The notes: generated by a model not told the origin, from the letters alone. DNA of 64,000 bases from Yuukianura sp. NJ FZ-2021 (GCA_046563655.1 CM102288.1:868001-932000); one strand, 5' to 3'. Shown: positions 23,801-37,617, counted from the first letter of the stretch. Numbers and translations are program-made.

Positions 23801-26800
23801 TGAAGTTCAGATTCACCTTCCTAGAAAACATAGGTATACAAAAACCATTTTCAAAGTATCATTTTTGTTCTAAAACTTTTATGTGTTGGATTTTTGTCAT
23901 TGCGTGAGGAAGGTGATACTTTTTTGGCACTTTCGTGTTGAAAAGTGTCTCACCTCTACTTCCAATTCTAAACACGAAGGAGTTTGAGCAGCAGAAATTT
24001 TGGAAGAAGTAGAATCTTTAAATTTGACATTTCCAATGAGAACTACTGCTGATAACACACGCAGCACATCCAGGAATGGAATGCCCAGTACACCTGTAAT
24101 TCAAACAAGAAACTTCATTTTGGAGACAAATTTTTGAGGCCTCTTGTCATTCGGAATTAAAAACAAACTTTGTTGGTGACCTCACAAACTCAAAAAATGA
24201 GGAAAATACACTGTAGTGAATTTGTTAGCCTAATCCTGACTTTTTCCAAAAGTCCTCCTGTAGAAAGTTAGAAGGTGTGATGTGTTTTCAAAAAACAATA
24301 TTTTGGAATTTTTTAAATTTCCATAAAAGAGGAAAATGAACTTTAGTGACTTTGTTTCCTTTACCGTGACTAACTGCCAATTGGAAGTACATTTCAGCTG
24401 TAACTTTTGATTGGTAGACATATTTAGGAAAAGCGGAATAATAATTCCAATTACTTACACAAACAGGTTTTCCAGTCCAGAAACCTTTTGGCATCTTCTG
24501 TTTCATTCGATTGGTGTTCGGAACTGTTCAAATAGCGCAAAGTTTTGGCAGAATGATGTGTCAAGTGAAGTCTACCTGAAGAATTTCGGATTCAAAAATT
24601 TAAACAGTTTGACAACGTTTTTCTGAAAAGCATTTTTGAAAAATTATCGTACTTCGTTCATCTGAATTTAGTCCTGCTAGCATTTGGTAGAAAATGTGAT
24701 AGTTTCTTTCGTCTGGTGACGTGCGTACTACGCGTGTTTGATCCAAAAAATAACAGTGTACTTTTGTACGATACAGAGATCCATCCGTTACTTGAACTTC
24801 TACAAAGTGACCCTGAAAATAATTTTTTCTTTAATTTTCAATTTTCACTTTTCAAAAATTTGAAAAAACCTAAATTCTTTGGTACCATTTGAGATTTACT
24901 TACAATTCTGCTGCTTTCGGCATTTGAGGCAGTCCGAGCCGTTCCGAGTGATCGGATCACAGTGACAGAAGCTGTGAGATGCCTAAACGCGTCACTTTCA
25001 AGTCCAGCTCCAGCTTCTTCAAAAAGTTGACGCAAAACGAGCATCGACGTCAAAGTTTTTCCAGAACCGCTACACCCTGATAAGATAATAGCTTGGGGGT
25101 ATCCAGTATCCGCCTGTTGACGCAGAGCTTCCCGCACTACTTTTTGAATTGGAGTGGACGTTTGAATCGTTTTGGTTGAGTTGATCGTCAGTGCATTTCC
25201 AGTACAACTGAAAGAATTGGCAAGCAGTAGGATTGGGCCCATGTAGACCTAAGACATTCAAAAATTCAAAATTCTTAAGAAATTCAACTTTTTTCCGTTT
25301 TTAAAATCTCAGATTCTTAAACTCACAAAATGCTTTCCAGCAGTACAACGTGCCTGTAGAGATCGAATGAGAGCGTCTTCTGTAAGTGCTCCAGGAAGAT
25401 GAATCAAGTCTTCTATGGCAGACAGTGGAACTTTTTTTGGCGGGTCAGCTTGAACTTTGACCTTTGACTTTTGACCTTGACCTGGCTGACATGACCTTAT
25501 CCCTTTGTAGGAACAAGATCCAGATGAAACAGAGGGGGTCAAGTCCCCAGAAGAATTTGTGTTGGAACTACTGTATTTGCTCTGTCTGTCAGTTGACCCC
25601 GGGTCACTTGGCTGAACATCTAGTTAAAACAAGTTTTTAACTTGCTTTTTAACATTCTAACTAATTCTTAAGTTAATTGTGCGAATTAGCTCAGTATACG
25701 TTTACCTTTTGGAAACTGTTGATTGACATAAAAATTTGAAGACTGGAATTGGTTTTGGGTGAGATTTGATGTATTCGTTTGACCTGGAATGACCTCTGCG
25801 TTGTTGTGGTCAAGTCCTTGTGCTCTACAGTTTCCGGTGGGTCTTGGAGGAAGTGGCTTCGTGTAGCCACAGAAGCCACCGGAAGTGGATCTGGCATTGG
25901 CAGTGGAGGAGCTGTTCCGGAATAGACTGTTGTAGCCATTTGGAATTTGTGGAAGGTGGTTATTGCCGGGAGGTGGATTCGAACCGAGGACGAGCCCTTG
26001 GTGAGTCGTTGCGGTGGCCACTTGACCGTTGCTTGAATTGTTGACATGAAGATGATTCCGGAGCGACACGAGTTCCGAACTGAGACTTTTGAGACGCTGC
26101 TGAAGATGAGCCTTTTCATTTGAAGAGTCTAAAAAAAGAAGAAGTATGTTAGCTGGTTTGTTTTTAAAAAATTTCAAAGTTTTGTTCAAAAAGATTTTTT
26201 TTTCAATTTTTTTTTTAACTTTTTTGAAAATAGAAAGTGACGATAGGTTTTGAGTAAAGCTTTGAGACGCGTCAAAGTGACGAGCCGTCGCGTCTGGACT
26301 TAAGCTCGACCTCCCGCTGACCCACAGCCACCAAACCATATTTAATTTTTCCCGCCACGCCCACAGGTATTCGGCTCAGCAGATTACATGGTACAGCGAC
26401 TTTTGGTTTTTGAAAATTTCAGACCCTTAAGTACCCAAACGTTACCCTTTGTTTTGCTTTTTATACAGAAGAACCAGAAACTCCAGTTTTAAACTTACGC
26501 GGGAGAAATTTGAACAGCTTTTCAGCGCTTGCTTGAAAAATTAAAATTGAAATGAGCATTCCTGACAATTTTTAATTAAGAATAACAAATAAAGTAATTT
26601 AAGTTAGTTTGCCAAATGGGAATGCAATTAAGGTTTGAGAAGGGCGTGTCTTCTGGACTCAAGATGAAAAGTTGTTAATGATCATTGTGTTGTTGGGTAT
26701 GGCCCAAGGGTCTCTTTGTACCCAACCAAAAGTGGTCCAACGGTGGAGTGCTTAGGGGTCCCTTAAGTGTCTTGTGTACACTCCGACGACAACGAATCTT

Positions 26801-27536
26801 CTTCAATTGTTTTCTTTTTCAGAATGCACATCTTCACAAGATACCGTAAATTTCCAAATAAGTACCCCCGGGGTTAATTCACTTTTGACAGAGGGGTACT
26901 TTAGGCCCGGGGCACTTGTCGAGGTGGGGAATGAGTACTTAATCAGCAGGGCATTATTTGGAACAAGGGTACTATTTGGAATATTACGGTACTAAAAAAG
27001 AAGAGGGGTTAAGGCCCTTTAGTTTAAGGGCCTCATTAGTATTCTGGAATTGAGGGATGTGGAATACAAGTGGAAGATTCAACAGAAACCAACAGCCAAC
27101 ATTCCTTCACATAAGAGAATCACAGAAGATGCGAAGATGATCCCAGAGACAATCATTACAAAAAAAAAAAAAATAACTTTTAGTTTTAAAAAAAAAAAAC
27201 AAAGAAAAAATATAAAAATTTGATTTTTATTTTCAAAATTCTTGAGAATTTGCCAAATTTCGTGTACATAGGACGTTTGAAGACAGTGTATCTGACCTTT
27301 GGTTTACAACCAAGAAAAAACTGTTTTTAGAAAAAGTTACTTGGGTTTTAAGTTATTCTAAAAAAAATAATTTCAGCACTTCAAAATTGAAATTGAATTT
27401 TCAACGACAGAACTTACAGAAAAAAAAACTTACCAGATTGCATTCCTTGCAATTTCTTTTCCGTTTCCCAAAACTTTTGAAGTTCAGTAAAATACTTGTC
27501 CAGGATAAAAACTTTAGAGAAACCAATTGCAGCCAT
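20897..27536 (-). CDS. dachs: Unconventional myosin Dachs
   Basis: First exon MAAIGFSKVFILDKYFTELQKFWETEKKLQ (27536), then HLQQRLKSLSSELVSLRN. Motor motifs GCSGSGKT, SNAESSRI, VLDMFGFE, LEHLCINLCAETMQHFYN, TKPHFIRC. IQ motif TIQASYRGW; C-terminal RPRPQPI and an SH3-like tail. Confidence 0.92.
23290..23454. mobile_element. Intronic non-autonomous inverted-repeat element, copy 2
   Basis: The left arm ATGGTCAAAAACAATTTGGTCAAAAAGTGAAAAGGTCAAAAAGTG pairs with the right arm CACTTTTTGATCTTTTTACTTTTGATCAAATCGTGTTGACCAT. Same family as 2798-2965. Confidence 0.72.
26844..26989. mobile_element. Tc1/mariner-pogo-type MITE in dachs intron 1
   Basis: TIRs CCGTAAATTTCCAAATAAGTACCC / GGGTACTATTTGGAATATTACGG, TA on both sides. 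Confidence 0.82.
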
Positions 27537-30492
27537 TGCAAAACTGTCGCTTCCTCTCCACTTATCCAAGTGACCTTTTGACCTCGTTGACCTTTGTCAC
27601 CTCCACCACATCTCTAACTTTTAACAAATTTCACTTTTTGACAATCTCTACTCACTGACATTTTCAAAATCAAAAATTAGTTCCAAAACACTTCATAATT
27701 TTCAAATTCTTTGGAGTTTTTACACTTCCGATTTTAATTTCCAAGCCACGGACAAAACTTTCGGTCGAATGCTGATGACAGTTTCACTTACAAAGTTGGA
27801 AATCCACAACTAAGGACCGTTTAATTGTTATGAACTCAGCTAAATTGTTAATTAACAGTGAAATTAAGTTGCAATTAACAGTTACTCAATCAGTTTTTAA
27901 CCGAATCACATTCCAGATACCGTTTGAAGTGCCTGGACTGTGTGTTTCCTTTGAAGATGCTGCTGGGTGACTGAGGTTTGTTGGAGGTTTTGGTAGTAGG
28001 TCCTACCTTAATTTTTTGTTTGTGCTAAGAATTGTGTAAAAAGTGGTATAGTGAGTCTGTATTGTTGGATTCCATTTCCTATTGTTCGTCATCTTCTGCT
28101 TTTCCCTCTGTTTTCATCCACTTAAACCCTCCAGGGAAAACTGTCATTGTGAAACACCAAGGCAAAAGTACCTGTCTGCACCAACCTCCAATCACACAAG
28201 CAACACCGCAATTCCTAAGAATTGAAAAACACCAGGGAACACACGCAGGGCCGTCAGGGTACATCGCCATCAAGTCTAATCGTAAAACTGCTTTACACTT
28301 TCATGTAAAAAGTGAGCTGGTAAAACTTTTAAAAGTTGCTTCCAACGAAAAATGAAGCTTTTACTTCGTTTTTCATTCTAATTTCTGAAATTTTCCAAGT
28401 TTTTAACTGTCTCAGTTTGTTTGTTTGTTGAAGTCGATTTTTGTACATAATTTACCCACTCCATCCTATTGCTTTCACTGAATGTATCTGTTGATCTATG
28501 TTTAAATAAGACTATTTACAAAGCAAAAATATGAGTACTTGACTGGCATTGCAGTTTAACTTGTGAACAAGAAATTTTGAACCAATTTGAAAAATTTTAT
28601 AGTTTTTTAAAAATTTTTGTTTAAAAAATTCAAGCTTCGACGACTCGAGAAAAAAACATTTACAAAGTGACGGCCCTGCGAGTACAAGTTACCAAAAATT
28701 GTTAATGGTAGAAACATGGCTTGAGGCAAGATCCTTGTAAACTCGTTGAACAGGTAACCCTAGGATTGAGTAGCCTACAAGTGGCATTCAATAAAACAGC
28801 ATTTTAAGGATCAGAAACTAAGGGCCCAGGAGCCCTTGGAATCCATAAGGACCATGGAATTTCTAAAGCGAAAATGCACAACAAAAACAATTTAGAAAAC
28901 TAAAACCTCAAAAAATTTTCTGAATTTCCGGAATTAAATTCGTGTTGAAACTTTTAATTAAGGATGAGTTTCACCCTATTTGGATCCAATGAACTAGATT
29001 ATCCGTGTAACGGAACTTGCTACAAACTGGTCAGTTAAGCTACTCTGTTTTTTCCTGTCGTAATAAACTAACGCATCTTTCTAAACTTCTTAGTAATTAT
29101 TATTCAATCACATCAATTTCAAATCAAAAAATGAATTCACAAAGTTAGATTAACTATAAATATTCAGCTTTAGTCGATTAAACTCATTTAATAAACTAAC
29201 ATTTAAGTTTAACCTTAACTTTTTAGTTGCCAAAAACGTGTCGGGAATAAGAAATTCAAAAGTACCTCAAAATCTAAATTCCAAAAGAACTGACTCATAC
29301 CTTTCCCTTCGTCATAATTAATGATAGACCATTTGTTACAACAATTTGAAATGAAAAAATGAAAAAATCATCAAAAAAGTCAAAAATTTGCAACAAAAAG
29401 TTTTAAAATTTGGTCTTGGAGGTATAATTTTCTTTTTCGCTATCAAAAACTTCCTGAATCTTCGCTACGAAAAAACTTGAAACATTCTAAACAAAGTTAA
29501 GACAAATCAAAAGTGGAAAAATTAAGTGGCGTCAAAATGTCAAATTTTTTTTAAAAATCAAATTCCAAGATGAAAATGATATTTTTACTTAAGCTGTTGA
29601 ATGACAAGTCATCATTTCACTTGTCTCTAACTAAATTACTGTCATTCCTGCTTTTAAAAGAGCCGTGTTTTCCCACGACTAATTGAAGAATCGTTAGAAA
29701 TAATCCTTTCTTTGCATCTCTCTATCTCAGAAAACGAGAATTGAAATTTTGAAGTTCCTTTTTCCATTAGGAAATCAAACATGTTTCTTCTTTAATCGTA
29801 AAATCGTGTCACTGTTTATTTGTGTCTTCACATGCAGGAGTGAAAACAACACTTCAAAACCCAACTCTAGCGTACAATTAACTTTAACTTTAATTGGGGA
29901 TTAAAAGCTTTGGAAAAGGAAGTTGCAAAGCATATCCTGCTTCTGAACCTCAAATTTTTGAGAAAAAAAATGTTTCGAAAGAAAAAGCAACAGCAGAGTG
30001 TTTTTGAAAAGTTGTAGTGCGTAGTTAATTACTTTCTGAGAATTAGTTTACTCCCACTACACTTTTCTACGTGGGGATAATTTGTTTTGATTAACTATAA
30101 AGTTTAAGTCTACAAGTTAATTAAATTTTAAGACTTCCACGCTCTCCAAATGTAATCAACAAGTGAGATTCACACAATTAAAATTTAGAACAACGCTTCC
30201 TTATAGTCTCTTCCCGTCGTTTTCTTTATGAGACCTTTCATTAAGTTTTGTAAAACTCAAATTACATTGTAAAAAAATATTTCTAAAAGTGAAAGAATTT
30301 TAAAATTCGTTTCGGAAAATCCGCGAAATAATCATGGGAAAGTTTTTTTTTTAAATTCAATTCTTAATTTTTCGCCAAAATCTGCCTAAATACTTAATTC
30401 AAAATTACTAGAGTCATTTTCCGAACTAGCTTGGTGTTTTAATTTTATATGCGCAAATCTTGAAAAAACTTAAAGACGTGAATGCGAAAAAG

Positions 30493-31251
30493 TTAAGTTT
30501 GTTTTACGCATGGTTGAGTATTAGTAATTGTCTTTCGAGAGGAATTTTTGGAGTGCTCAATTGCAGGATTAATGTTAGAGTTTGACTTATTTTGCTGACT
30601 AATTTTGTGTATTATGCGGACACTTTTAAGTCTTTTGTGTAAATAACTTACAATGAGAAGATCGTGAAGAAAGTGAAGAGTTTTCAGTAGCAGAAGACGA
30701 ATGGTTCCTTCCAAGTGCTTTTCCCAGTTTCCGGATCCCTTCCCAATGTCTATGTGTTATGGTTCGAAGTAGCTCAAGGTCATTGACCTCACTGTCGCCA
30801 TTTTGGTCGTCACTGCTCAAACTGTGGGCAGTCGAACTACATTTCGAGAATTTCAAATTTCGAACTTTTTGGAAATTTGAAACAGGGTAGTCCAGGGTTT
30901 CGATGCTTCCTGCCTCACTTTCACTTTCACTGATGCTTTCCCTAAAAAAATGAAATTGTAAACCAAAAATCAAATTCAAATTAACATTCACTTCATCTTT
31001 AAATTGTCACATTAAATTTTAATTTGGTTTTGGAACACTTACGAATCAGAGTAGATTGAAATGGAGGCTTCTGATAGACTTTCGACGCCATCGTGCTCAT
31101 GGTCATTGAATTCAGTCAACGCTGGATAATTTTGAACAAAATTTTGACATTTTGAAATTTCAACTTCACCGCTAAATTTTGAAACTGGACAAGCAATACA
31201 AACATCGTCGTAATACTGATCTGGTTGCAGAACATTATACACAGGAAGCAT
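30493..31251 (-). CDS. Hypothetical Ser/acidic-rich protein (orphan; 3' end uncertain)
   Basis: ATG 31251 exon ends at a GTAAG donor (~31041) and joins in phase 0 to the exon starting ESISESESEAG. No recognisable domain. Confidence 0.42.
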
Positions 31252-32069
31252 GAGGAACTAACGAAAAAAAAACGCTCGTGCTACTTTTCTACTCTTTTTT
31301 TCACAAAACGTAAAATCAAAATTTCTTGCAATTACAACTGATTTTTATTTCTAGTACTTGAGGTTAAGTGTAACTTAATTCCTATTTGTGTGCAGCTTAT
31401 TCGGAAGCTAAAACTCAAGTGAGAATAAAAAAGAAAGACTGCTCGACGCCTTCCGTTTTTGTCACAAGGTTTTGGGTTACACTCAGAACTTAAATTATTA
31501 GAATAAATATAAAATGTATTATTATAAAACATAATTTAAAACAAATTGGCAAATATTTAGAGAAACTTTTTATGTTTTTTTTATAATCCAATAATCCCTG
31601 TACTCAAGTGGATGATAACATCTCATTTCACGTAAAGCTTCAGGAAGCAAAGAATGTACTTGACCTTGAGGTCATCTACTAGTTAGTAGATACAGAACTC
31701 AAAAAAAATTTGACCTGCTTTAAATCACAATGATGTCAGTCCCCGTGTCCTCAGTTTTATCTAAATTCTCTGTTTTTATGTACACACGTCGTCGGTGGCA
31801 TTAGCGTCATTTTCATCATAACAAGCTTAGCAAATAAGATAGGAAGTGGATCAATCTTCATATCAAGTTCCACTTTGAAGTTGATTAAAGATTAATTGCG
31901 ATGCAATTGTTTGCATTTGCGGTCCCGGTTGTAGCATTGTCCTATTTTTCAATTTTAACTAGAAATTAAAAGTGTCGGTAAATTTTTTGGAGAACCAGTT
32001 TCATTTTACAGTCAAACTTCGCGCACCTCAATTTTTAGAACAATTTTTTGAGTTTTCAGTTAGGTTGAA

Positions 32070-33866
32070 ATGAAAGACGAAGAGAATGGCGTTGACCTCT
32101 CAAGGTCATCTGGAGCTGACAACGCAGAGGTCACTGGGGGGTCAGGGGAAGGTGCCAAGATGGTTTACGACGCAGGGGAAGAAAAACGGATTCTGCGCAA
32201 CGTCGTCATCCTCAGCGTGGCTTTCACTCTCCAATTTACGGCCTTCAACAGCATGTCCAATCTTCAAAGTTCAATGAATCCTGGAGTAAGGTCAAAAAAT
32301 CATGAAATCTAAAAGTCTCCTTAAAAATTCGCCTCTTTTTCAAAAATTTCTTTAAAAGCAAGGAATTTCGGAAATTTTGTGTAGGGACTTGGAAATGCCT
32401 CAAACGCAACTATTTACGCTGCACTCGTCATTTCTTCATTTTTTCTACCAACTTTCCTCATTTCCAAATTCACTGTAAAATGGACCTTGGTATTTTCCGT
32501 TTTCGGGTATTGCATTTACATGGTTGCTCAATTTCAACCAATGTGGGCAACTGTGATTCCCGGTGCTGTCATTCTCGGAGTTTGCGCTGCACCGTAAGTT
32601 GACCTTGACTTTGACCTCAAGTCAATCGCTTTTCAAAAATTTACTCTCAACTGTATAAATTTCAGACTCTGGACAGCCCAGTCTACCTACTTGACTCTCG
32701 TAAGCCAATTTGGAAATCTGAAAATTTTTCTTGAACTCAACTTTCAAGTTTTCAAAATTTGAATTTGCTAGATTGGACGTGAATATGGAGGGATCGTGAA
32801 AGACGCTGCTGAAGCAATCATCAATCGTTTCTTTGGAATATTTTTTCTGTTTTTTCAAACTTCTCACGTCTGGGGTAACTTGATCGCTTCTTTAGTTTTG
32901 GCTGGAGAAGCTGACCCTGACAAAGACATTAGCTTCTGCGGAGCTTCGTTTTGTCCAGAAGACGTCAAGGCCGGAAATATTCGGACACCTTCGGATCTAG
33001 CTCGGTACACTCTCTGCGGAATCCTGTTGGCTTGTGCCATTTCTGCTGCTGGAGTCATTGCTTTCTTCGTAGATCCACTTTTACGTTACGGTGAAAAAAA
33101 TAGACAAGAGTCGAAATTGAGTGGATTTGGATTGTTTATGGCCACAGCCAATCAACTGAAACTTCCGTATCAACTCCTCTTAATTCCAATCACAATTTGG
33201 TCGGGACTGGAACAGGGATTCTTTGCATCAGACTATACGCAGGTAAAAATCACAAAAACTCGGCGATTTTTAGAAGAATTTCTGAAAAATCATTTGAAAT
33301 TGGATGATTTGTAGGCGTACATATCCTGTTCGTGGGATTTAGCGAATGTAGGTTACGTTTTGATTTGTTACGGAGTCTTCGACGCTTTGGCGTCCATTTC
33401 CTGTGGTCCGATTGTGCGTAAAGTGGGACGCGTTCCGGTTTTTATTCTTGGAGCACTTTTGAACGCAGTCGTGATTGTAATTTGGTTCTACTGGAAACCG
33501 AATCCAGCCTCTCCTATACCTTTTTTTGTCGTAGCTGCACTTTGGGGAATCGCTGACGCTGTTTGGCAAACACAAACAAACGGTAAATAGCAGGAATTGA
33601 ATTTTTAGAATGGATTTTTAAAAAAATAATTGTGAAATGTTGCGATTTCAGCCATTTATGGAGTGTTGTTCAAGCAAAATGAAGAACCAGCATTTAGTAA
33701 CTTCCGACTTTGGCAAAGTTTGGGTTTCATCATGGCATTTGTAGCTGGAAGCACACTTTGTGTCGACGTCAAACTGTACGGAATTTCGGTTGTCCTGCTT
33801 GTAGGGATGCTGGGATACTTCGCAGTAGAATATCTAGAGTGGAGTAAAAACAAAAAAGCTAAATAG
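32070..33866 (+). CDS. UNC93A: UNC-93-like MFS membrane protein, paralog 1
   Basis: RILRNVVILSVAFTLQFTAFNSMSNLQSSMN, APLWTAQSTYL (34-nt microexon), RFFGIFFLFFQTSHVWGNLI, SGLEQGF, WGIADAVWQTQ, AFSNFRLWQSLGF. Confidence 0.92.
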
Positions 33867-34249
33867 TTTTAAGTTGACAATAAAAATGTTACACAAGTTC
33901 CATATTTTAATTCCGTTTTCCACGTTTTTAAAACTCAAACTTTCAATTCCAGAGGTGATTTTAAAAGAAAAGTTGTTCAATTTCATCTTCATCTCATTTC
34001 ATTTCCATCAAAACAAGCTTAGCGAATTAGATACAAAGTGGATCAATCATATCAGTTTCAAGTTTAAAATTGATTACAGAGTAATTGAGATTTAAGTGTT
34101 TTATGGTACTGGATGTACAACTGTCAAAAATTTCAACTTGAAACTAACTTTCACTTAAATTTTATTTGGAGAGCCAGTGTCATTTTACATTTCAAATTTC
34201 TCCCACGCCAATTTTTAGAACAATTTTTTTAGTTTTCAGTTAAGTTGAA

Positions 34250-36046
34250 ATGAAGGACGAAGAGAATGGTAATGACCTTTCAAGGTCATCTGGAAAGGCA
34301 GAGGTCACTGGGGGGTCAGGGGAAGGAGCCAAGATGGTTTACGACGCAGGAGAAGAAAAACGGATTCTGCGCAACGTCGTCATTCTCAGCCTGGCTTTCA
34401 CTCTCCAATTTACGGCGTTCAACAGCATGTCAAATCTTCAAAGTTCACTCAATCCTGGCGTAAGGTCAAAAAACCGTGAAAATTCGTAAAACTCTTCTCA
34501 AAAATTCCCCTGTTCAAATTTTTTATTCTAACTTCAAACAATTCTCTAAAGCAAAAAAATCAATTTTGGAAAATTTCTGTAGGGACTTGGAAATTGGTCA
34601 AATGCGACAATTTATGCTACACTTGTCGTCTCTTCCTTTTTTCTACCAACTTTCCTAATTTCCAAATTCACTGTAAAATGGACCTTGGTATTTTCCGTTT
34701 TCGGTTACTGCATTTACATGGTAGCTCAATTTCAACCAATGTATGCAACTGTGATCCCCACTGCTGCCATTCTTGGAATCAGCGCTGCACCGTAAGTTGG
34801 CCTAACATTGACCTCTAGTCTTTGGATTTTCAAAAATAAACTTTAGATTTCAGACTATGGACAGCCCAATCTACCTATTTGACTCTCGTAAGTCATTTTG
34901 GAAATTTTTTCTTGAACAAAACTTTCAAGTTTTTCCAAAATTTGAATTTGGTAGATTGGACGTGAATATGGAGGGATCGTGAAAGACGCTGCTGAAGCAA
35001 TCATCAATCGTTTCTTTGGAATATTTTTTCTGTTTTTTCAAACTTCTCATGTCTGGGGTAACTTGATTGCTTCTTTAGTACTGGCTGGAGAAGCTGACCC
35101 GGACAAAGACATTAGCTTCTGCGGAGCTTCGTTTTGTCCTGAAGACGTTAAGGCCGGAAACATTCGGACACCTTCGGACTTAGCTCGGTACACTCTCTGC
35201 GGAATCCTATTGGCTTGTGCCATTTCTGCTGCTGGAGTCATTGCTTTCTTCGTCGATCCACTTTTGCGTTACGGTGAAAAAAATAGACAAGAGTCAAAAT
35301 TGAGTGGATTTGGATTGTTTATGGCCACGGCCAATCAACTGAAACTTCCGTATCAACTGCTCTTAATTCCAATCACAATTTGGTCTGGACTGGAACAGGG
35401 ATTCTTTGCATCAGACTATACACAGGTAAAAATCACAAAAACTCGGCGATTTTTAGAAGAATTTCTGAAAATTCATTTGAGTTTTTCGATTTGTAGGCGT
35501 ACATTTCCTGTTCCTGGGATTTAGCCAATGTTGGTTACGTTTTGATGTGTTACGGAGTCTTTGACGCCTTGGCGTCAATCTCCTGCGGTCCGATTGTGCG
35601 TAAAGTGGGACGCGTTCCGGTTTTTACTTTGGGAGCACTTTTGAATGCAGTCGTAATTGTAATTTGGTTCTACTGGAAACCGAATCCAGCCTCTCCTGTG
35701 CCATTTTTTGTTGTGGCTGCACTCTGGGGAATCGCCGACGCTGTTTGGCAAACACAAACTAATGGTAAACAACTCTGAATTTTCAGATTCATTAGACTTT
35801 TTACAAATTAACTTTAAAATGTTTGTTTCAGCAATTTATGGGGTTTTGTTCCACCAAAATGAAGAAGCGGCATTTAGTAACTCCAACCTTTGGTCAAGTA
35901 TTGGTTTCATCATGGCATTTGTAGCTGGGAGTACCTTGTGTGTCGACGTCAAACTGTACGGAATTTCGGGTGTCCTGCTCGTAGGAATGCTAGGATACCT
36001 CACAGTGGAATATCTCGAGTGGACAAAAAATAAAAAAGCGAAATAG
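34250..36046 (+). CDS. UNC93A: UNC-93-like MFS membrane protein, paralog 2 (tandem duplicate)
   Basis: Same exon structure and motifs as 32070-33866, with intact frames. Upstream and downstream non-coding blocks are duplicated too (unit ~2.18 kb). Confidence 0.92.
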
Positions 36047-36139
36047 TTTTAAGTTGACAATAAAAATATTACACAAGTTTCATATTTATTAATTCCGTCT
36101 TCCACATTTTGAAAATTTGAATTTGCAAAATTGGGTCCG

Positions 36140-36632
36140 AAATTTTTAAAATTCGTGTTTCATAACTTGAAGTGCTTCTAGTTTTGAATTTCACATCAAC
36201 TTCCCAATGAAACCCACCAAAACGTGATCCCACCATTTGTGCCAACACTGTATTGTAAGCCTCAGGCGGCAGCAGCTCTTGGTGAAAAACTTTTGAGAGT
36301 TGGATTCGAAATGTCGGAAAAAATTTAAAATTCGTGCATTTGAGCTTCCAGTGCTTCTATTTTTGAATTTCATATGAACGCCCCAATGAAACCCACCAAA
36401 GCATGATCCCACCAGGGAGCACGCCATTGGTTCAAATGAATTGGTTCTAAACACTTTGGTTCGAAGGAATTGGTTCAAATCGAATTGGTTCTAAAGGTAA
36501 ATTGCTCCGAATCATGATGGTTCTAAAAGAATTGTGCAGTTGGGACTTAGAAGGGCGAGTTTGGTGTTTACATCTTCTCACCATTCGTTGCAACATTTTG
36601 TTGTAAGCCCAAGGCACCATAGCTCTTGGGAA
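36140..36632. repeat. Diverged ~180-bp tandem duplication; second copy interrupted by a 164-bp insert
   Basis: AAAATTCGTG...CCCAATGAAACCCACCAAA...GATCCCACCA occurs at ~36148 and ~36327. The insert 36415-36578 is flanked by CACCA and carries ~15-bp TTGGTTC repeats. Confidence 0.7.
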
Positions 36633-37617
36633 ATAAATTTTTTTCTAAAGGTGGATGATGTAACCTTGTTAGGATGCCAACCGTGTTTGTTTGTTTACTT
36701 TCGCTCACCTCAAACACGGTTGGGTTTCACTCCATAAGGCGAATGTGTATAATGTTAAGAGATGGGAAATCCGGTGATCGCCGGATTGTGCATCGATGCA
36801 CAATTTTTGTTGAACGAAGGAAATTCGTTTGCTTGTGTCCGCTTGGCGAATCAAAGGCAGAAAAAAAAACGTTAAGCGCTATGAATCTTATAGAACGCAA
36901 AACATTCTCACACTTTCCAAATAATTCCTTAAATCGTATTTCTGAGTTTCGCCAAATTAGAGTAAATAGTTTACTTTACAATTGTGGGCACAAGAGGAAC
37001 TTCGTGTGACCTCCAACCGGGGTCACTTGGAAACAACTTTTTGATTTTGTTTATTTTTTTGAAAACATTTCGTCAAATGGAGTGAGACCAGAGTAGATGT
37101 AACCTCATACGTCGAGATGAAAAGTTTTCGTCTCGTAGAACGTCCGAGAAGTCATCTCCCAGGATTGTTTCCCTGAATTTTTGAAAATTTTGGGCCAAAC
37201 CTGACTGTAGTGCAGTGTCAGGACGGCCAGAGCATAAGAGAGAGTAAGCTCTGTATGGTCCCATTCTAAGTTCCGGCCCAATGGGCGCTAAACCAGTCAC
37301 AGTATTAAAAAAAGAAGTTAGGTCGTTTTTTAAAACAAACTTTAATGGCGACGTTGCCGTTGACAACTTAGTCGGTTGAAAGAATAAAATATTGAACAAT
37401 CTATCCAGACGCATTTGATTGACGACCTGCCATACACTCGCAAATGACAATGAATAGTTTGAATTTTCAGATTTTTTTTTTTGAAAGTACGGATTTGGCG
37501 TGTCTATAGTGGTGGGTGACCAAAAAATCTCAATAGAACATCAAGTGAGCGATGCGAAATCACAAATTTACAAGTTTCGATTAATGCTACAAATAAAATA
37601 AACAAGAATCTAGATTA

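Noticed and set aside
25055..25085. Divergent myosin P-loop (GCSGSGKT) as a sign of pseudogenisation
   Set aside because: Dachs-class myosins have atypical motor motifs, and the exons checked remain in frame.
36191..36478. 95-aa minus-strand ORF
   Set aside because: It runs through a tandem duplication and an inserted repeat, with no splice or domain support.
36420..36535. TTGGTTC-containing repeats as a CRISPR-like array
   Set aside because: The ~15-bp degenerate tandem units have no unique spacers, the context is eukaryotic, and there are no cas genes; this is a minisatellite within an insert.
37073..37450. 125-aa ORF as a transposase remnant
   Set aside because: No DDE, HTH, zinc-finger or RT motif recognisable.
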